Part shown: positions 51,426 through 63,942 of the stretch, piece after piece
Layout of the letters: each line of letters opens with the position of its first letter
How positions within the stretch are numbered: the stretch's first letter is position 1
Translations under genes and position numbers: made by a program
The notes under the pieces: generated by a model
What the model saw: the letters and a program-made list of their open reading frames with translations, nothing else
Database searches by the model: none
What the model was told of the DNA's origin: nothing
From: Octopus bimaculoides
Taxonomy: Eukaryota
DNA: 63,942 bases
Assembly: GCF_001194135.2 (NCBI RefSeq)
Contig: NC_068998.1
Coordinates: forward strand, 18,014,002-18,077,943
Reading direction: 5' to 3'

Positions 51426-51449
51426 GTGCTATGTATGTATCTGTATGTA

Positions 51450-52050
51450 CTGTATATACTCGTGTAAAAGTCGAATTTTTTTACCATTTTTTAAGGTGAG
51501 ATTTATGGGGCTGACTATTACGTTGATACTACTTTTGAGGGGCTAAAATTCAAACTAGAATCTGAAGTACTGTGTCTGCAGCAGAAGCCCCAATGATCTC
51601 TAAGCGAATAAAAACAAAAACACAATGAATTACAGTAATATTATCAATTCTATGCATCAGAACACACGTCCTAGTAAATAACAAATAAAATAACAAATAA
51701 AACAGAAAGTGTAAATATTTACACTTTCTGTTTTATTTGTATCCATCAAACTTAATAGACTAGCTAAGTGAAATAAATTTATATCTCATAATTATGTTAT
51801 ATTACCACCGGTAACATATCTACCTGGTACCTGCATGCCACTGCCTACAGTAATGCGATGCCTACAACTGATACCCACTCGGCGTGTTTCACATCATAAC
51901 TCTTCAATAATATTACACTATTTTCATATTCATGATTAAAGTCACACTAATCACAAATGTATTATGGCACAGTATATTAGTGGTGAATTTTTATTTCTAA
52001 TTAATTAAATGCAACTTAATGTTTTAAATACCAAAATTCGTAAAAGAAGT
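51450..52050 (+). mobile_element. pogo/Tc2-like transposon left end, truncated
   Basis: TA+CTGTATATACTCGTGTAAAAGTCGA resembles pogo-type TIRs; right TIR not found. Confidence 0.4.
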
Positions 52051-52064
52051 AGATGCACAACGAG

Positions 52065-53130
52065 AACACTTATAGACAAAAATCTGGCATGGCGATGGGA
52101 ACGATGGTAGCCCCTACTTTTGCCAACCTTGTCATGGCATACTTAGAAGTCCAAATATACTTAACCAAAAAACTTAACCAACAGCATTAACCACAGTATC
52201 CAGTTCACAATGGAATACAGCAACAAACAATTACCCTTCCTGAACATCTTAATCATAAAAAGAGATACTGAAATTGAAACCGACATCTTCAAACCAACAG
52301 ACTCAAAACAATATCTTCTATTCTCCTCCTGCCACCCAAAACATTCTAAAATAAATATACCGTTCAACTTAGCAAGAAGAATTTTCACGATTGCATCAAA
52401 TCCCGAAACCCGAGAAAAGCGACTCCAAGAACGTAAAAACACATTACTAGATAGAAAATACCCCGGCCAGTCTAATCAAAAACGGAATAGAACGTGCAAA
52501 AATGATAAACATCCAAGAGTTTCGGAAAACAAGAAAGCACCATGACACACTTAAAAATTTATCTTGCGTATCATCACACAATCCGAGGAACAGGGAAGCA
52601 TACAACATCATCCACCAAAATATACCCTTACGAAAGACCTGCGAATGAAAAAGGCACTGGAAACATATAGGATTATCAAAAGCAAGAGACAACCGCAATT
52701 CCTAAAAATGTTACTCACCAGCGCCAAATTACCTACCAAAAATACAACCCCACTAGTCAAAAAGTGCAACCGCCCTAACTGCGGAACTTGCATCTTCCCC
52801 TTAGAGGGCTCAACATACAAATTTAAGTCAGGTCAAACATTTACCTGTGATTCGAAGAACTTAATCTATGTCTTCAAATGTGGAGGGTGTGGTGGAAACT
52901 ACATTGGTCAAACTAGTTTAACTTTGAGAGACTGACTAACGGTGTACAGGCAACAAATCCGGGACCCCACGACTAGGAAAATTTCCATAAGCAAACACCT
53001 AGACCAATGCCTTGTAAATATAAACTCGAAATGCCAAATCTTCCCTATCTATCAATGTACCGCAGACACTTTAACACGATTCCGTTTAAATAAGGAAAGC
53101 ATCCTTTAGAAAGAAGACAAAAAACACTAA
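52065..53130 (+). mobile_element. Penelope-like element, internally deleted, pseudogenised
   Basis: GMAMGTMVAPTFANLVMAYLE, LPFLNILI, SSCHPKH, KCNRPNCGTC, KNLIYVFKCGGCGGNYIGQT (GIY-YIG). Confidence 0.95.
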
Positions 53131-53604
53131 AGAGAAAAAGAAAAGGAGACTTAATTTCTCCACACAAACAATAAAAAATAACAACCAGGAACAACAGACA
53201 TATTTTAAAAGCATTAGTAACAGTCTTCCACGCGGTTTTCGAAACCGCAACTCCAAATCACCATACAATAACACGTACAAACACCAGTTATTGACATCAC
53301 CTATCTCTAGACCAATGAAATTTTACCTCCGATAAAAATAGAACTTCAGCATATACAACAAAATGACCCTTTAAGAGAATCAACCAACCAGAACGGCTGA
53401 TGATTGTTCCCCACAGGGAAGCCAACTAGGCAGAACGACAAACTTGACCACCGGAAAAACAAGATGTCACCAGTACTTTAACGAATCAAAAACCAGATCC
53501 GCTCGCGGAAAAAATTATAAATACAGCGGATTCCAAAACAAACTGTTACAAGTGAAAATTCCTCCAACGACAGAAAGAGAATCAGAGAAATTGTATTATT
53601 TATG

Positions 53605-53642
<38 letters not shown>

Positions 53643-53998
53643 GTATGCACACATACACACACACATATATGCTCATAAACAGACACTCATCCATATGTAT
53701 AAATATATTCATTTGCATACTCATCTATCCCCGCACTCCTCTCTCCCTCTCACAGACGCACGCATGCACATATACTCGCACTTGCTCTTACATATTCACA
53801 CTCATTCAGTAAATACAGAGCGTCTAACAAAATACTTTGCTGCTCAGGCTTTTCACGATCTGAATTCTCAGGCACGGATGATTGCTCTGTCCCAGTTTAA
53901 GTCGAATAACCACATCTAATCTACAGTTTCTCTCTCTCTCTCTCTCTCTCCCCATCTCCTTCTCTCTCTTTTCCTTTCTCTCTCTTTTCTTCTCTCTC

Positions 53999-54051
<53 letters not shown>

Positions 54052-54283
54052 TTTATTCACACTCTTACAAACACACAAACTTACCGACCCGCACGCACAA
54101 ACCCTCCCCATGCGCACATGTACTAACCGAAATACCAAACGCTGCCTCAAGTAAAAACTCAAAGTTATCCTTGTAGGCGAATCGACAGTTGAATAGTGAT
54201 GAAATTGTGTCGACAGGAACCGTTTTCTACCTCAAATATTTGCGAACTACTCCAATGAACTTCAGACTCAAGACACCCTGTGA

Positions 54284-54325
<42 letters not shown>

Positions 54326-54326
<1 letters not shown>

Positions 54327-54632
54327 GCGTACTCCGTCGGTTACGATGACGAAGGTCCCAGCTGATAGATCAACAGAACAACTTGCTCGTAAAATAAATG
54401 TGCAAGTGGCTGAACACTCCACAGACACGTGTAGCCTTGACGTAGTTCTCACAGAGTGTGACAAGGCTGGCCCTTTGAAATACAGCTACTACTTATTTTT
54501 TGCCAGCTGAGTGGACTGGAGCAACGTGAAATAAAGTGTCTTGCTCAAGGACACAACACATCACCTGGAATTGAACTCACGACGTTACGATTGTGAGCCG
54601 AATGCCCTAACCACTAAGCCACGCACCTTCAC
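54326..54632 (-). mobile_element. SINE: tRNA head + CORE-like C1 + tail T1
   Basis: Minus strand GTGTTGTGTCCTTGAGCAAGACACTTT; tail shared with 5680-6078. Confidence 0.85.
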
Positions 54633-55099
54633 TGTGTATGTATGTATGTATGTATGTATGTATGTATGTATGTATGTATATGAGAGTGGTCTGAGAAAAT
54701 TATATTTATCACTCCCAAAATATTATGCAGGTATGATTCACTGTAGAAATTCATGAAAAACAGCATTTCTTGTATAGAGATGAGGAGGTACTAACATACC
54801 TTGGCCTTCTGAATTTTGAATCTGTAATTTCAAAGTGTTCCTAACCCGAATCCAGATCAGGTCATTTCACAGCGTAAACTACAAATAAGGCGGTAGATCC
54901 TACGTTAAAGTAATGTCGAAATTTCTTATGACTGTTACATTGTCGGGCGAATCATCTGAATTTATGAATATTAAAACAGGAGATAATAAAGATAGCAGAA
55001 TGAACTTCCGAATACAAAAAAGAAACACGACAGGTCCAGTAAGTGAGTGGAAACCTTGTTTGAAAATTTAAGGAGAAAGATTTTTATTAGTCTCAATGA

Positions 55100-56395
55100 A
55101 AAAAAACTCAAATTAAACTGAAGTTCTATAGTATGGCAGCGACTTAGCTCAAAAGAATTGTTCAGATTATAATAATGATGAAGAAATCTCTTATAAATGT
55201 TGCGACGCACTGCAAATCATCAAACTTTATGAATATTAAGACATTAATTAAGCATTAAGAAAGCAGACTGAACTTTCAAATGCAAAAGACATGCAGAGCA
55301 ACTAAATAGAGACGCTGCTGCAGTAAGAAAGTAGAAACGGTGTTGGATAATTTAGAAGACTATAAACTGTTTCATTAAACATCATGAGACAAATAAACAA
55401 AATATAAACTGAACGATTCCAGCTTGTGACGAATGGTATAGAAAGTAAGTCGTATAAAGTGGAACAAAATCAACAGCTTCAAACGACAAAGAGCTACAAA
55501 AAAGTATATATGCAAAGACACGTAACGTATTACATATATTGATATTTAAGAAAGACTCGCCCCACTCAAAAGCATTGGTCTGTATAGAGATGACACTCGA
55601 GCCATTTCCAGTTTGGCGAATGGGCATACATTAGACAGCTTAAAATGAAAAAAAGTTATGGAAACTTTCAGATCCCTTGGCTTGGAAATTACTATAGGTC
55701 TTAGTTAATTTCCTAGATGTCACTCTATATCATAGCGAATGTCCGTAGCCTAGTGGTTAGGGTGTTGCACTCATGATTGCAAGATCATGTTTCGATTTCC
55801 GGACCGGGTGGTGCGTTACGGTCTTGAGAAAAATACTTCGTTTCACCTTGCTCCAGTTCACTCAGCCGTAAATGACTAACTGTGCGATGAATTGGCGTCC
55901 CTTTCATGGGATAATATTATGTTCTCGGTCACTTATACGCCGTGGAAACGAGGTAACCGGTCCCATCAGAAAGTACTCGCTTTATATTTTAGTACTGATC
56001 CTTTTACATTCTTTAGGAAATCCTTATGGAAAGCTCACATGCTTAAACGTAGGATGATGTCACTCAGTATTCAAAAGCCTCGTGAAAGGCGTTATCAAAA
56101 CAATTTTCAATGAATCATCCAGTAAAGAGTCTCTTACTACAACGACGCCTTGGACGTTAATGGGTCAAAAATACTGCCTGTGATTTCATCTGGTGTAAAA
56201 TCAAGGTAACACGGCGCAGGAAGATCCTCTAGTTTGCATACTTTTTTCGCTCAATATTAGGTCCAAAATCTTCCTAAGTTTCATATACTGCCATTTCTCA
56301 CAAGAACATAAATACACAAATTGTTCAGTAGGTATGCAGTTAAAACATCTATTGGCTACATCCCTAACATGAAACAAAGTATATCATACAATAAT
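55100..56395 (+). mobile_element. Third Penelope-like element (YRDD active-site type), degenerate, interrupted by a SINE
   Basis: IGLYRDD (YRDD at 55583-55594), LGLEIT, VNFLDVTL, then YNDAL, RRRKI, PNMKQ-like motifs after the SINE; 5' boundary uncertain. Confidence 0.65.
55735..55965 (+). mobile_element. SINE: tRNA head + CORE-like C1 + tail T2
   Basis: TAGCCTAGTGG, GTTTCGATTTCC, TTGCTCCAGTTCACTCAGC, GGCGTCCC...TATACGCC. Confidence 0.75.
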
Positions 56396-58021
56396 TCTTT
56401 TTTAAAAAAAAAACCCGTGACATTGAATTATCTAGACCAGTAGATTCTAAAACAAACAAAAAAAAACCTACACTACATTCTTAACATTCTTCGTTTAAAT
56501 ACAAATTACAAAAAAAACGTGAGCAAGAAACAAATGGTAGGAAATGTTAAGAAAATAATAGCAATACCACTACTACTAGCACCATCACCACCACTATCAG
56601 CACCTCCATCATCGCCACCACAATAGCTATCACCATCGACATTGCCAACAGCAACAATAATAGTAATTTCTTTATTTGCCTCAGCAGTGATGGGTGATTG
56701 TTACAAAGACAAGTAACAATTATAATAATCTATCTGTGTTAAAGATGTTAAAGGAGTATCAATTATAATCAGAGATCCATGATTGGTCAAGGATGTATCC
56801 CCACCCACATAATCTTGCCAGAGTTCTCCACTTACAATGCAAACAATAGTTCCAGCTATTCGTGATCTACATTTTACACAAAATGCTTTGAATTGAAAAA
56901 TACAACTGATGCACAACTGCTTCATGCAATGCTTACTCCACAAAATCGCCACACAATAAAATTACAAAACACAAATAGCACATATTCTATAAGAAATATT
57001 AACCAACACAACTTCCTCTACTTCAGTACAGTCAACACCAGCGTTACTCAAACGTTTTCTTTTATTCTTGTGGAAACTTGAAATACATTCCACGTCTTAA
57101 GAAACACCTACATAAAACCTTTTCTTTTTTTCTCACATTGTTATTAATCTTTTTCTTTTTCTTTCATAAAGTTAAATTTTATACGAAATGGAACAGATCA
57201 CAATACTATTTTTGAAAGTTTACCAGTACTAAATCCATCAGACACAAGAAAGCTTAAGAGATTATGTTTTCCCAATTAAGAAGTTATTTTACTTTAGGGT
57301 TGTTTTATTATTAGGTTGTGGCTCGTTGATTTTTGTTGTCACTTGAAACATGCAGAACTCGCAAGCAGCTTTTGCGGCCTTAGAACTTTGATTAAAAGCA
57401 AAAAGAAGGAGGTGTCGAAAATGCTCGTTTTTCTTAACTTGACACTCCATTTTAATGATCTGAAAATAATCAAAAATTATATAAAATTAACTAGAAAAAA
57501 AAAAACAAAAAACAAAATAGATTCCAAAATGATTCAAAAATAGAATTCTCGAAAAAAATAGATTCCAAAATTTAAAAACGCAATAAATNNNNNNNNNNNN
57601 NNNNNNNNNNNNNNNNNNNNNNNNNNNNNNNNNNNNNNNNNNNNNNNNNNNNNNNNNNNNNNNNNNNNNNNNNNNNNNNNNNNNNNNNNNNNNNNNNNNN
57701 NNNNNNNNNNNNNNNNNNNNNNNNNNNNNNNNNNNNNNNNNNNNNNNNNNNNNNNNNNNNNNNNNNNNNNNNNNNNNNNNNNNNNNNNNNNNNNNNNNNN
57801 NNNNNNNNNNNNNNNNNNNNNNNNNNNNNNNNNNNNNNNNNNNNNNNNNNNNNNNNNNNNNNNNNNNNNNNNNNNNNNNNNNNNNNNNNNNNNNNNNNNN
57901 NNNNNNNNNNNNNNNNNNNNNNNNNNNNNNNNNNNNNNNNNNNNNNNNNNNNNNNNNNNNNNNNNNNNNNNNNNNNNNNNNNNNNNNNNNNNNNNNNNNN
58001 NNNNNNNNNNNNNNNNNNNNN

Positions 58022-58066
<45 letters not shown>

Positions 58067-58074
58067 TTGTGTGT

Positions 58075-58275
58075 CTGTGTTTGTCCTCCTAGCATTGCTT
58101 GACAACCGATGCTGGTGTGTTTATGTCCCCGTAACTTAGCAGTTCGGCAAAAAGAGACCGATAGAATAAGTACTAGGCTTACAAAGAATAAGTCCCGGGG
58201 TCGATTTGCTCGACTAAAGGCGGTGCTCCAGCATGGCCGCAGTCAAATGACTGAAACAAGTAAAAGAGTAAAAGA
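58075..58275 (+). mobile_element. SINE family D 3' half
   Basis: GCTTGACAACCGATGCTGG...GACTGAAACAAGTAAAAG; another copy at ~62462-62665. Confidence 0.9.
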
Positions 58276-58711
58276 GTAAACACCTTTTGAAGACATTTTG
58301 CGCTCTGTTCTGTCATCTTTAGAGAGACCATTGATGTACCCAGGCCGCGTACTGCCTACTCTAAGCAATACCATACTGGATGATGGGAATGTGTGACAAG
58401 TAGCAGAGAGCTACTTACCAAGGATTTGCAGGGGAGTGGGAGTGCTTACTCCGTCCCTCTCGTTGGATGTGGGTTTTTTCTCTAGCAGTTCCTTGTAAAG
58501 TCTGATGTTGAGGTCCCTTTGAAAGTCACCTACAAACTGGGATATCTAGATTTTAAAATTTTGTAGTCGCTTTGAGTAGCTTTGAATATTTTTATGTGTG
58601 CCGGTATATTTGTGGTTGGTGTGACATAATTGTATTCATTAATATCCATGTGCTTGTGGATGTGTTCTATTAATTCGTCATTTTTTGTACTTATAGCGTG
58701 AGATTTATAAT

Positions 58712-58931
58712 CCTTTCTACTGTAGGCACAAGGCCTGAAATTTGTGGGGAGGGAGTAAGTCGATTTCATCGACCCTAGTGTTTCACTCGTACTTAATTTA
58801 TCGACCCCGAAAGGATGAAAGGCAAAGTCGACCTCGGCGGAATTCGAACTCAGAACGTAGCAACAGACGAAATACCGCTAAGCATTTCGCTCAGCATGCT
58901 AACGATTCTGCCAGCTCGTCACCTTAGTCGA
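58712..58931 (-). mobile_element. Full-length young SINE family A with a 12-bp TSD
   Basis: GAGATTTATAAT at 58700-58711 and 58932-58943. Confidence 0.95.
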
Positions 58932-60199
58932 GAGATTTATAATGTCTGGTTTATCATCATTTGATTGAATGCAGTCAATCTGTTGTGTATGTAGGCTATG
59001 TTGTGTTTGTGGTGGGAGTGGCGGAGATGACGTTATTGTTGTCTGTGTGTGTGTAGGTGAGTTTATGTAAGGTGTACTGTTGTTCCTGTTCGTTCCCTCC
59101 TCCATTTTCTCGTACCTGCCTGTTTTTTTGTTTTTTTTTCTTGTTATTGTTTGTGCCCTTCCGGTTTTTCCTTCCTTTTCGTGTGACTGTTTGCCATGCT
59201 TGTCCCTCCCTATTTCCGTTGTTCGAATAGGGGAGGGGTATTTCTTCCGCAGGTATTTGTTTCACTGTTGGCGTTGTTAATCGTGTCATTATTTTTGTTG
59301 CTGTTTGTGATGTGGTTGTTGCTGCTGCTGTTGTGCGTTCTACTTGACGCTGTGCAGTTGTTTCCACTCCAGTCGTTGTTGTAGCTGCAGCTGCTGCCGG
59401 TGCTGTAGCGATTTTTGTGGAGGCTGTTGTGTCCAATTGTCTCTGTTGGTGTTGTTGCTGTTTCTGCTGATGCTACTACTGCTGCTACCCTTGTTGTGGT
59501 GTCTGCTGTCGTGGTTGTAGTGGTGTTAACGGTTGCTACGGCTCATTTCTCCCTCTTTCTCTCTTTCCTTCGGGCAATAGACTCTGATGTGACCTGAATC
59601 ACCACAGAAGTAACACCGTGGCCTTCTTCCTTCCACGATCACCTGCAGATGCTGGCCTCCAAGGATTTCTATTGGATCGGGAATTTCCTCTACAGTCTCT
59701 GGTTTTACTTACAATAGAATGTCCAACTATCCCAACCCAGTTCTTTTTGGATTTTTGGATTTCTAGGAGACTTCTAGGAACATCCAGTACCATGGCTTTC
59801 ACAACCCACCAGAAATCGATTTCTGGTGGTATGTTACTTATTTTTATTTGGATCACTCTCTGTCCCAGATAGATGGGAATTAAAGTGACCTCCGTTTTTA
59901 ACGGGACAGTTGAGTGTTTTTGTACTAGTGGTTCCGACCGATATGACCTTGATGTAGCTGAACTTTGGGGCGTGGCATACAAAACTGGTATCCTCCCATA
60001 TATTTTTCAGGCAGAGCTCGGCTTGGTTGGTGGTATTTTTTCCAGTCTTCTTCTTTTCATGGCCAGACATCTATCTGTACATGATTGTTATTTTTTCGGT
60101 CGCCTCTAGCAGGTTTTGAGGCTTTCTTTAAACGTTCTTCCTTATCCTTTAACGACATAACTTCAAACTTATTTGTCACTTCTGCGAAGGAAACGTTAT

Positions 60200-61122
60200 G
60201 GATCTATTTTAAAACGGGGGCGCCAGTTTTCATTTATGTTTTATGTAGTGTTTTTGGTACGGAAAGACTTTAAAACTTCGTATACTTATCTATTTTGTGT
60301 TATAGAACAGAAAAATATTTTTGTATTCGAATTTATTTCATGTAAAAAATTGTCTTATTTCGATAATTTCTACTAATCACTGACGTCTATTCAGTTGAAA
60401 ACAGTTAGCGCTGTAACGGTGTATATCGTATTAATCCCCTAACCCTAACTAGACTGTTAACCGTAACCGTAACCCTAACCCTAACTCTAAAACTAACCCT
60501 AACTCTAGAATCCGAACTCTAAAATTGTTACACACATAGATNNNNNNNNNNNNNNNNNNNNNNNNNNNNNNNNNNNNNNNNNNNNNNNNNNNNNNNNNNN
60601 NNNNNNNNNNNNNNNNNNNNNNNNNNNNNNNNNNNNNNNNNNNNNNNNNNNNNNNNNNNNNNNNNNNNNNNNNNNNNNNNNNNNNNNNNNNNNNNNNNNN
60701 NNNNNNNNNNNNNNNNNNNNNNNNNNNNNNNNNNNNNNNNNNNNNNNNNNNNNNNNNNNNNNNNNNNNNNNNNNNNNNNNNNNNNNNNNNNNNNNNNNNN
60801 NNNNNNNNNNNNNNNNNNNNNNNNNNNNNNNNNNNNNNNNNNNNNNNNNNNNNNNNNNNNNNNNNNNNNNNNNNNNNNNNNNNNNNNNNNNNNNNNNNNN
60901 NNNNNNNNNNNNNNNNNNNNNNNNNNNNNNNNNNNNNNNNNNNNNNNNNNNNNNNNNNNNNNNNNNNNNNNNNNNNNNNNNNNNNNNNNNNNNNNNNNNN
61001 NNNNNNNNNNNNNNNNNNNNNNNNNNNNNNNNNNNNNNNNNNNNNNNNNNNNNNNNNNNNNNNNNNNNNNNNNNNNNNGTTTCGTTAAGAAAATACTGGC
61101 GCCCCCGTTTTAAAATAGATCC
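60200..61122. mobile_element. Young TIR DNA transposon (Merlin-like) with internal telomere-like repeats
   Basis: Perfect 28-bp TIR GGATCTATTTTAAAACGGGGGCGCCAGT; perfect 8-bp TSD AACGTTAT (60192-60199, 61123-61130); (CCCTAA)-like array at ~60437-60522; centre in a gap. Confidence 0.9.
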
Positions 61123-61657
61123 AACGTTATTTCTATTTGAACCTTTTTTTTTTCCTTTGTTCGAAATTTTACTGATCTGTGTAGTGGTCGTAGTGGTGGT
61201 GATGGTGATGGTGGTGGTGGTGGTGGTGATATTTTCCGTGCACAGTTGTCTGCTGCTAGTTATATTTCGTGCTTCCTTGATCGAATTCTCATTACTCCTG
61301 ACACTTCCACTGTGGTTGTTGTTGTCATTGCTGTTGCTACTCCTCCTGCTACTACCACTATCATTTACATCTCTTCCCACTTCCCTCTCTTGTTGACTCG
61401 CTGACAAAGACGACGACGCGATATTGAATTTTGCAAAGTTTGAAAGGAAAATTAATTTTCTTTTCGTGTGATTTTTGCCACACAAGGCAAAAAAAAAAAA
61501 AGATAATAATAACATAACACTGTTAATCAGACCAATATGGTCTAGATTAACTTAGTCACAAGTTATAACAATGAAATATAACAATAACAATATTTTTAGA
61601 GGTAATCAAGGCACACACTTATGGAGCACCGAAATACACGCCTAGCTCCGGCTACAA

Positions 61658-61726
<69 letters not shown>

Positions 61727-61899
61727 TAATAATGATGATGATTTCTTTATTGATCATTAAGAAAAACATTAGGGACGGTACAGGACAAAACAAAGTATGT
61801 GTGTGTGTATGTGTGTGTGTGTATGTGTGCTGTTGTGAGGGTTTTACGTGTAAACAAGTTTAACATAATGGGGGGGGGGGAGAAAAAGAAAACAAATTA

Positions 61900-61985
61900 T
61901 TCCAAATTTTGGCGCAAACGCGGTAATTTAGGGGCAGGAGTTAAGTCGATTACACCCCAGTATTCAACTGGTACTTATTTTAGCG
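61900..61985 (-). mobile_element. SINE family A 3' fragment
   Basis: AAGTCGATTACACCCCAGTATTCAACTGGTACTTATTT. Confidence 0.7.
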
Positions 61986-62143
61986 ACGCACACACACACA
62001 CACNNNNNNNNNNTACTCTATTATTATTTTTTTTGTCTACGTTTTGTTTGCAATGTCCTGTATCCAGATATGCACCTATATATACAGGTAGACGTAGATA
62101 TGCACATACCTGTACGTATATATGCATATACTCATTTATTATT

Positions 62144-62216
<73 letters not shown>

Positions 62217-62382
62217 CATACATACATACATACATACATGCATACATACATATACATATACATATATAAACAGCGAGGCGCAGTATAATACCATAAGGGA
62301 AAAATTTAATTGTCACTAATAGTGACCGAGGGCGCCACAACAGCTACATTGCTAAAAATAAGAGTTAAAAACTATTAATGCT

Positions 62383-62469
<87 letters not shown>

Positions 62470-63565
62470 TGTTTGTTCTCTTGCCATCGCTTGACAACCG
62501 ATGCTAGTGTGTGTATATTCCTGTAACTTAACGGTTCGGCAAAAAACACCAATAGTACTAGGCCTACAAAGAATAAGTCCTAGGACCAATTTCTTTGATT
62601 AAGACCCTTTAAGGCGGTGCTCCAGCATGACCGCAGTGAAATGACTGAAACAAGTAGAAAAATAAAAGAATAAAAGAACGTAGACCACAATACCTAAATA
62701 AATAAATGAATAAATAAATAAACTGCCTTTCTGCTGTTAACGGTGAGAAATTTCGGAATGATTTTCCCAGTCGCATTTGCGCATCTGGCGACAATGTCTG
62801 GAGCTTGACTCATTTTTTTTAAATAATATACACTGTCAAATATCAAGTGTTGATTGTGACTCTGGAGGTCGGTTATGTCTCGACCCGACAAAACGCCCAG
62901 CTTCCTAAAATGGAAGTCACTTCTGTCATTGCATATTTGTCAGGCAGATGAATTTCGGATATTATTGGCCACATCCCACTTGCCAAACTCAGTAAAATAA
63001 AAAAAACTTTCGTATGTAAGTCTTTCATAGAAATCAATGTTTATTTCTCCTCGACAATGCTTCAAACAGTCCTTTAGTACATTGACATTCCTGTTTCACA
63101 CCAATCTTGTTTAGAATGCGAATGAAGCTAATTTTCATAAATTATCATATTAATAACCACACACACACCCACACTCACACAAAAGAATCACGGATCTTCC
63201 GTTTAGCTTTATCACGTTTATCACGTTTAAGGAATCGTGCATAGGTGCTGCAATTTTCAGAGGAAAATGTGAATTAAGAGAGCGATCTGATACTGTTTCA
63301 AATTCCCACCTACTTCTCACTAAACAAAGGTTAAGATCATCTACATGTGCCAAAGTCATGTGCCACTGTAATATAGAAAAACTAAAAGTACCACTGCCGC
63401 CACCTGGACATTATCAATTGTAACAACAACAACTGTTTTGATAATGAACCTAATAGTAATCACTCTTCCACCACCAAAGCATTCGCTAACACGAAGGACG
63501 TACACGTGCTTGTATAACTTAACACAATTCCAGCCATTACAGTTTGTATGTTCAAAAATGTCCGG

Positions 63566-63942
63566 GGATCTTTTTTAAAACGGGGGCCACATTTTTCATT
63601 AACGAAACACTTTGAAACTTGGAACACTGGTAGAATGTGTCATATAAAACATCTTTTTCTCTTAGTTTTCTTTAAAAAAAAAGAAATCCATAAGTTATTC
63701 CATGTTAAAGTTGTCGTATTTCTGTAATTTCAACCAATCACTGACGTCCATTCAGCCGATATACATTAAGTGCCGACTACATAAACAAACGATTCTGAAA
63801 CAATTAACCCTAACCCTAACCCTAACCCTAACCCTACGGTTAGGGTTAGGGTTAAAGCAAATTTAAAATGAAAAAAGCAAATAAAACGAAGGTATGGAGA
63901 TTAAATACGCTTTACATCGCTTAATCAGCCAAAGGAGTAAAT
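63566..63942 (+). mobile_element. Left part of a relative of the 60200 element
   Basis: GGATCTTTTTTAAAACGGGGGCCAC start, shared AATCACTGACGTCYATTCAG, (TAACCC)5; right TIR not in the window. Confidence 0.75.

Larger units (their letters stand above)
58280..61460 (-). mobile_element. gag/ORF1-like element with a CCHC zinc knuckle, no pol seen, twice interrupted
   Basis: VIVEGRRPRCYFCGDSGHIRVYCP (CX2CX4HX4C); the frame rejoins across both insertions (NRNNV|SFAEVT and TRHYKS|HAIST); frameshifts elsewhere. Confidence 0.7.

Noticed and set aside
53395-53430. Hammerhead in the second PLE 3' region (CTGATGA...GGAAGC)
   Set aside because: No intact GAAA and no convincing stem II.
62830-63130. Sola-like transposase remnant on the minus strand
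   Set aside because: Only a vague Cys/Trp-Asp pattern; too degenerate to support.
63804-63855. Chromosome end or telomere-telomere fusion
   Set aside because: Only about seven units, wrong orientation for a fusion, and embedded in a transposon.

Overview
AT-rich eukaryotic scaffold with 14 N gaps, dense microsatellites and many tRNA-derived SINEs. The repeat repertoire suggests an octopus genome (inference from pattern recognition, no search run). No complete host gene is present, and most ORFs in the supplied track are microsatellite, gap or transposon artefacts. The first ~16 kb appears to hold the 3' end of an unidentified + strand gene: a terminal exon at 11117, a ~4.5 kb SINE-free 3' UTR, and two candidate microexons (9 nt at 8546, 5 nt at 10802) that could switch the C-terminus. 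The remainder is mostly decayed mobile DNA: three Penelope-like elements (one with a hammerhead ribozyme), two full-length DD37D Tc1/mariner copies, hAT and MULE remnants, RTE-like and RLE-type LINE fragments, MITEs and a Helitron-like element. It also carries a gag-like zinc-knuckle element with no visible pol, interrupted by a young TIR transposon that contains telomere-like repeats, plus a local duplication/inversion and several palindromes.
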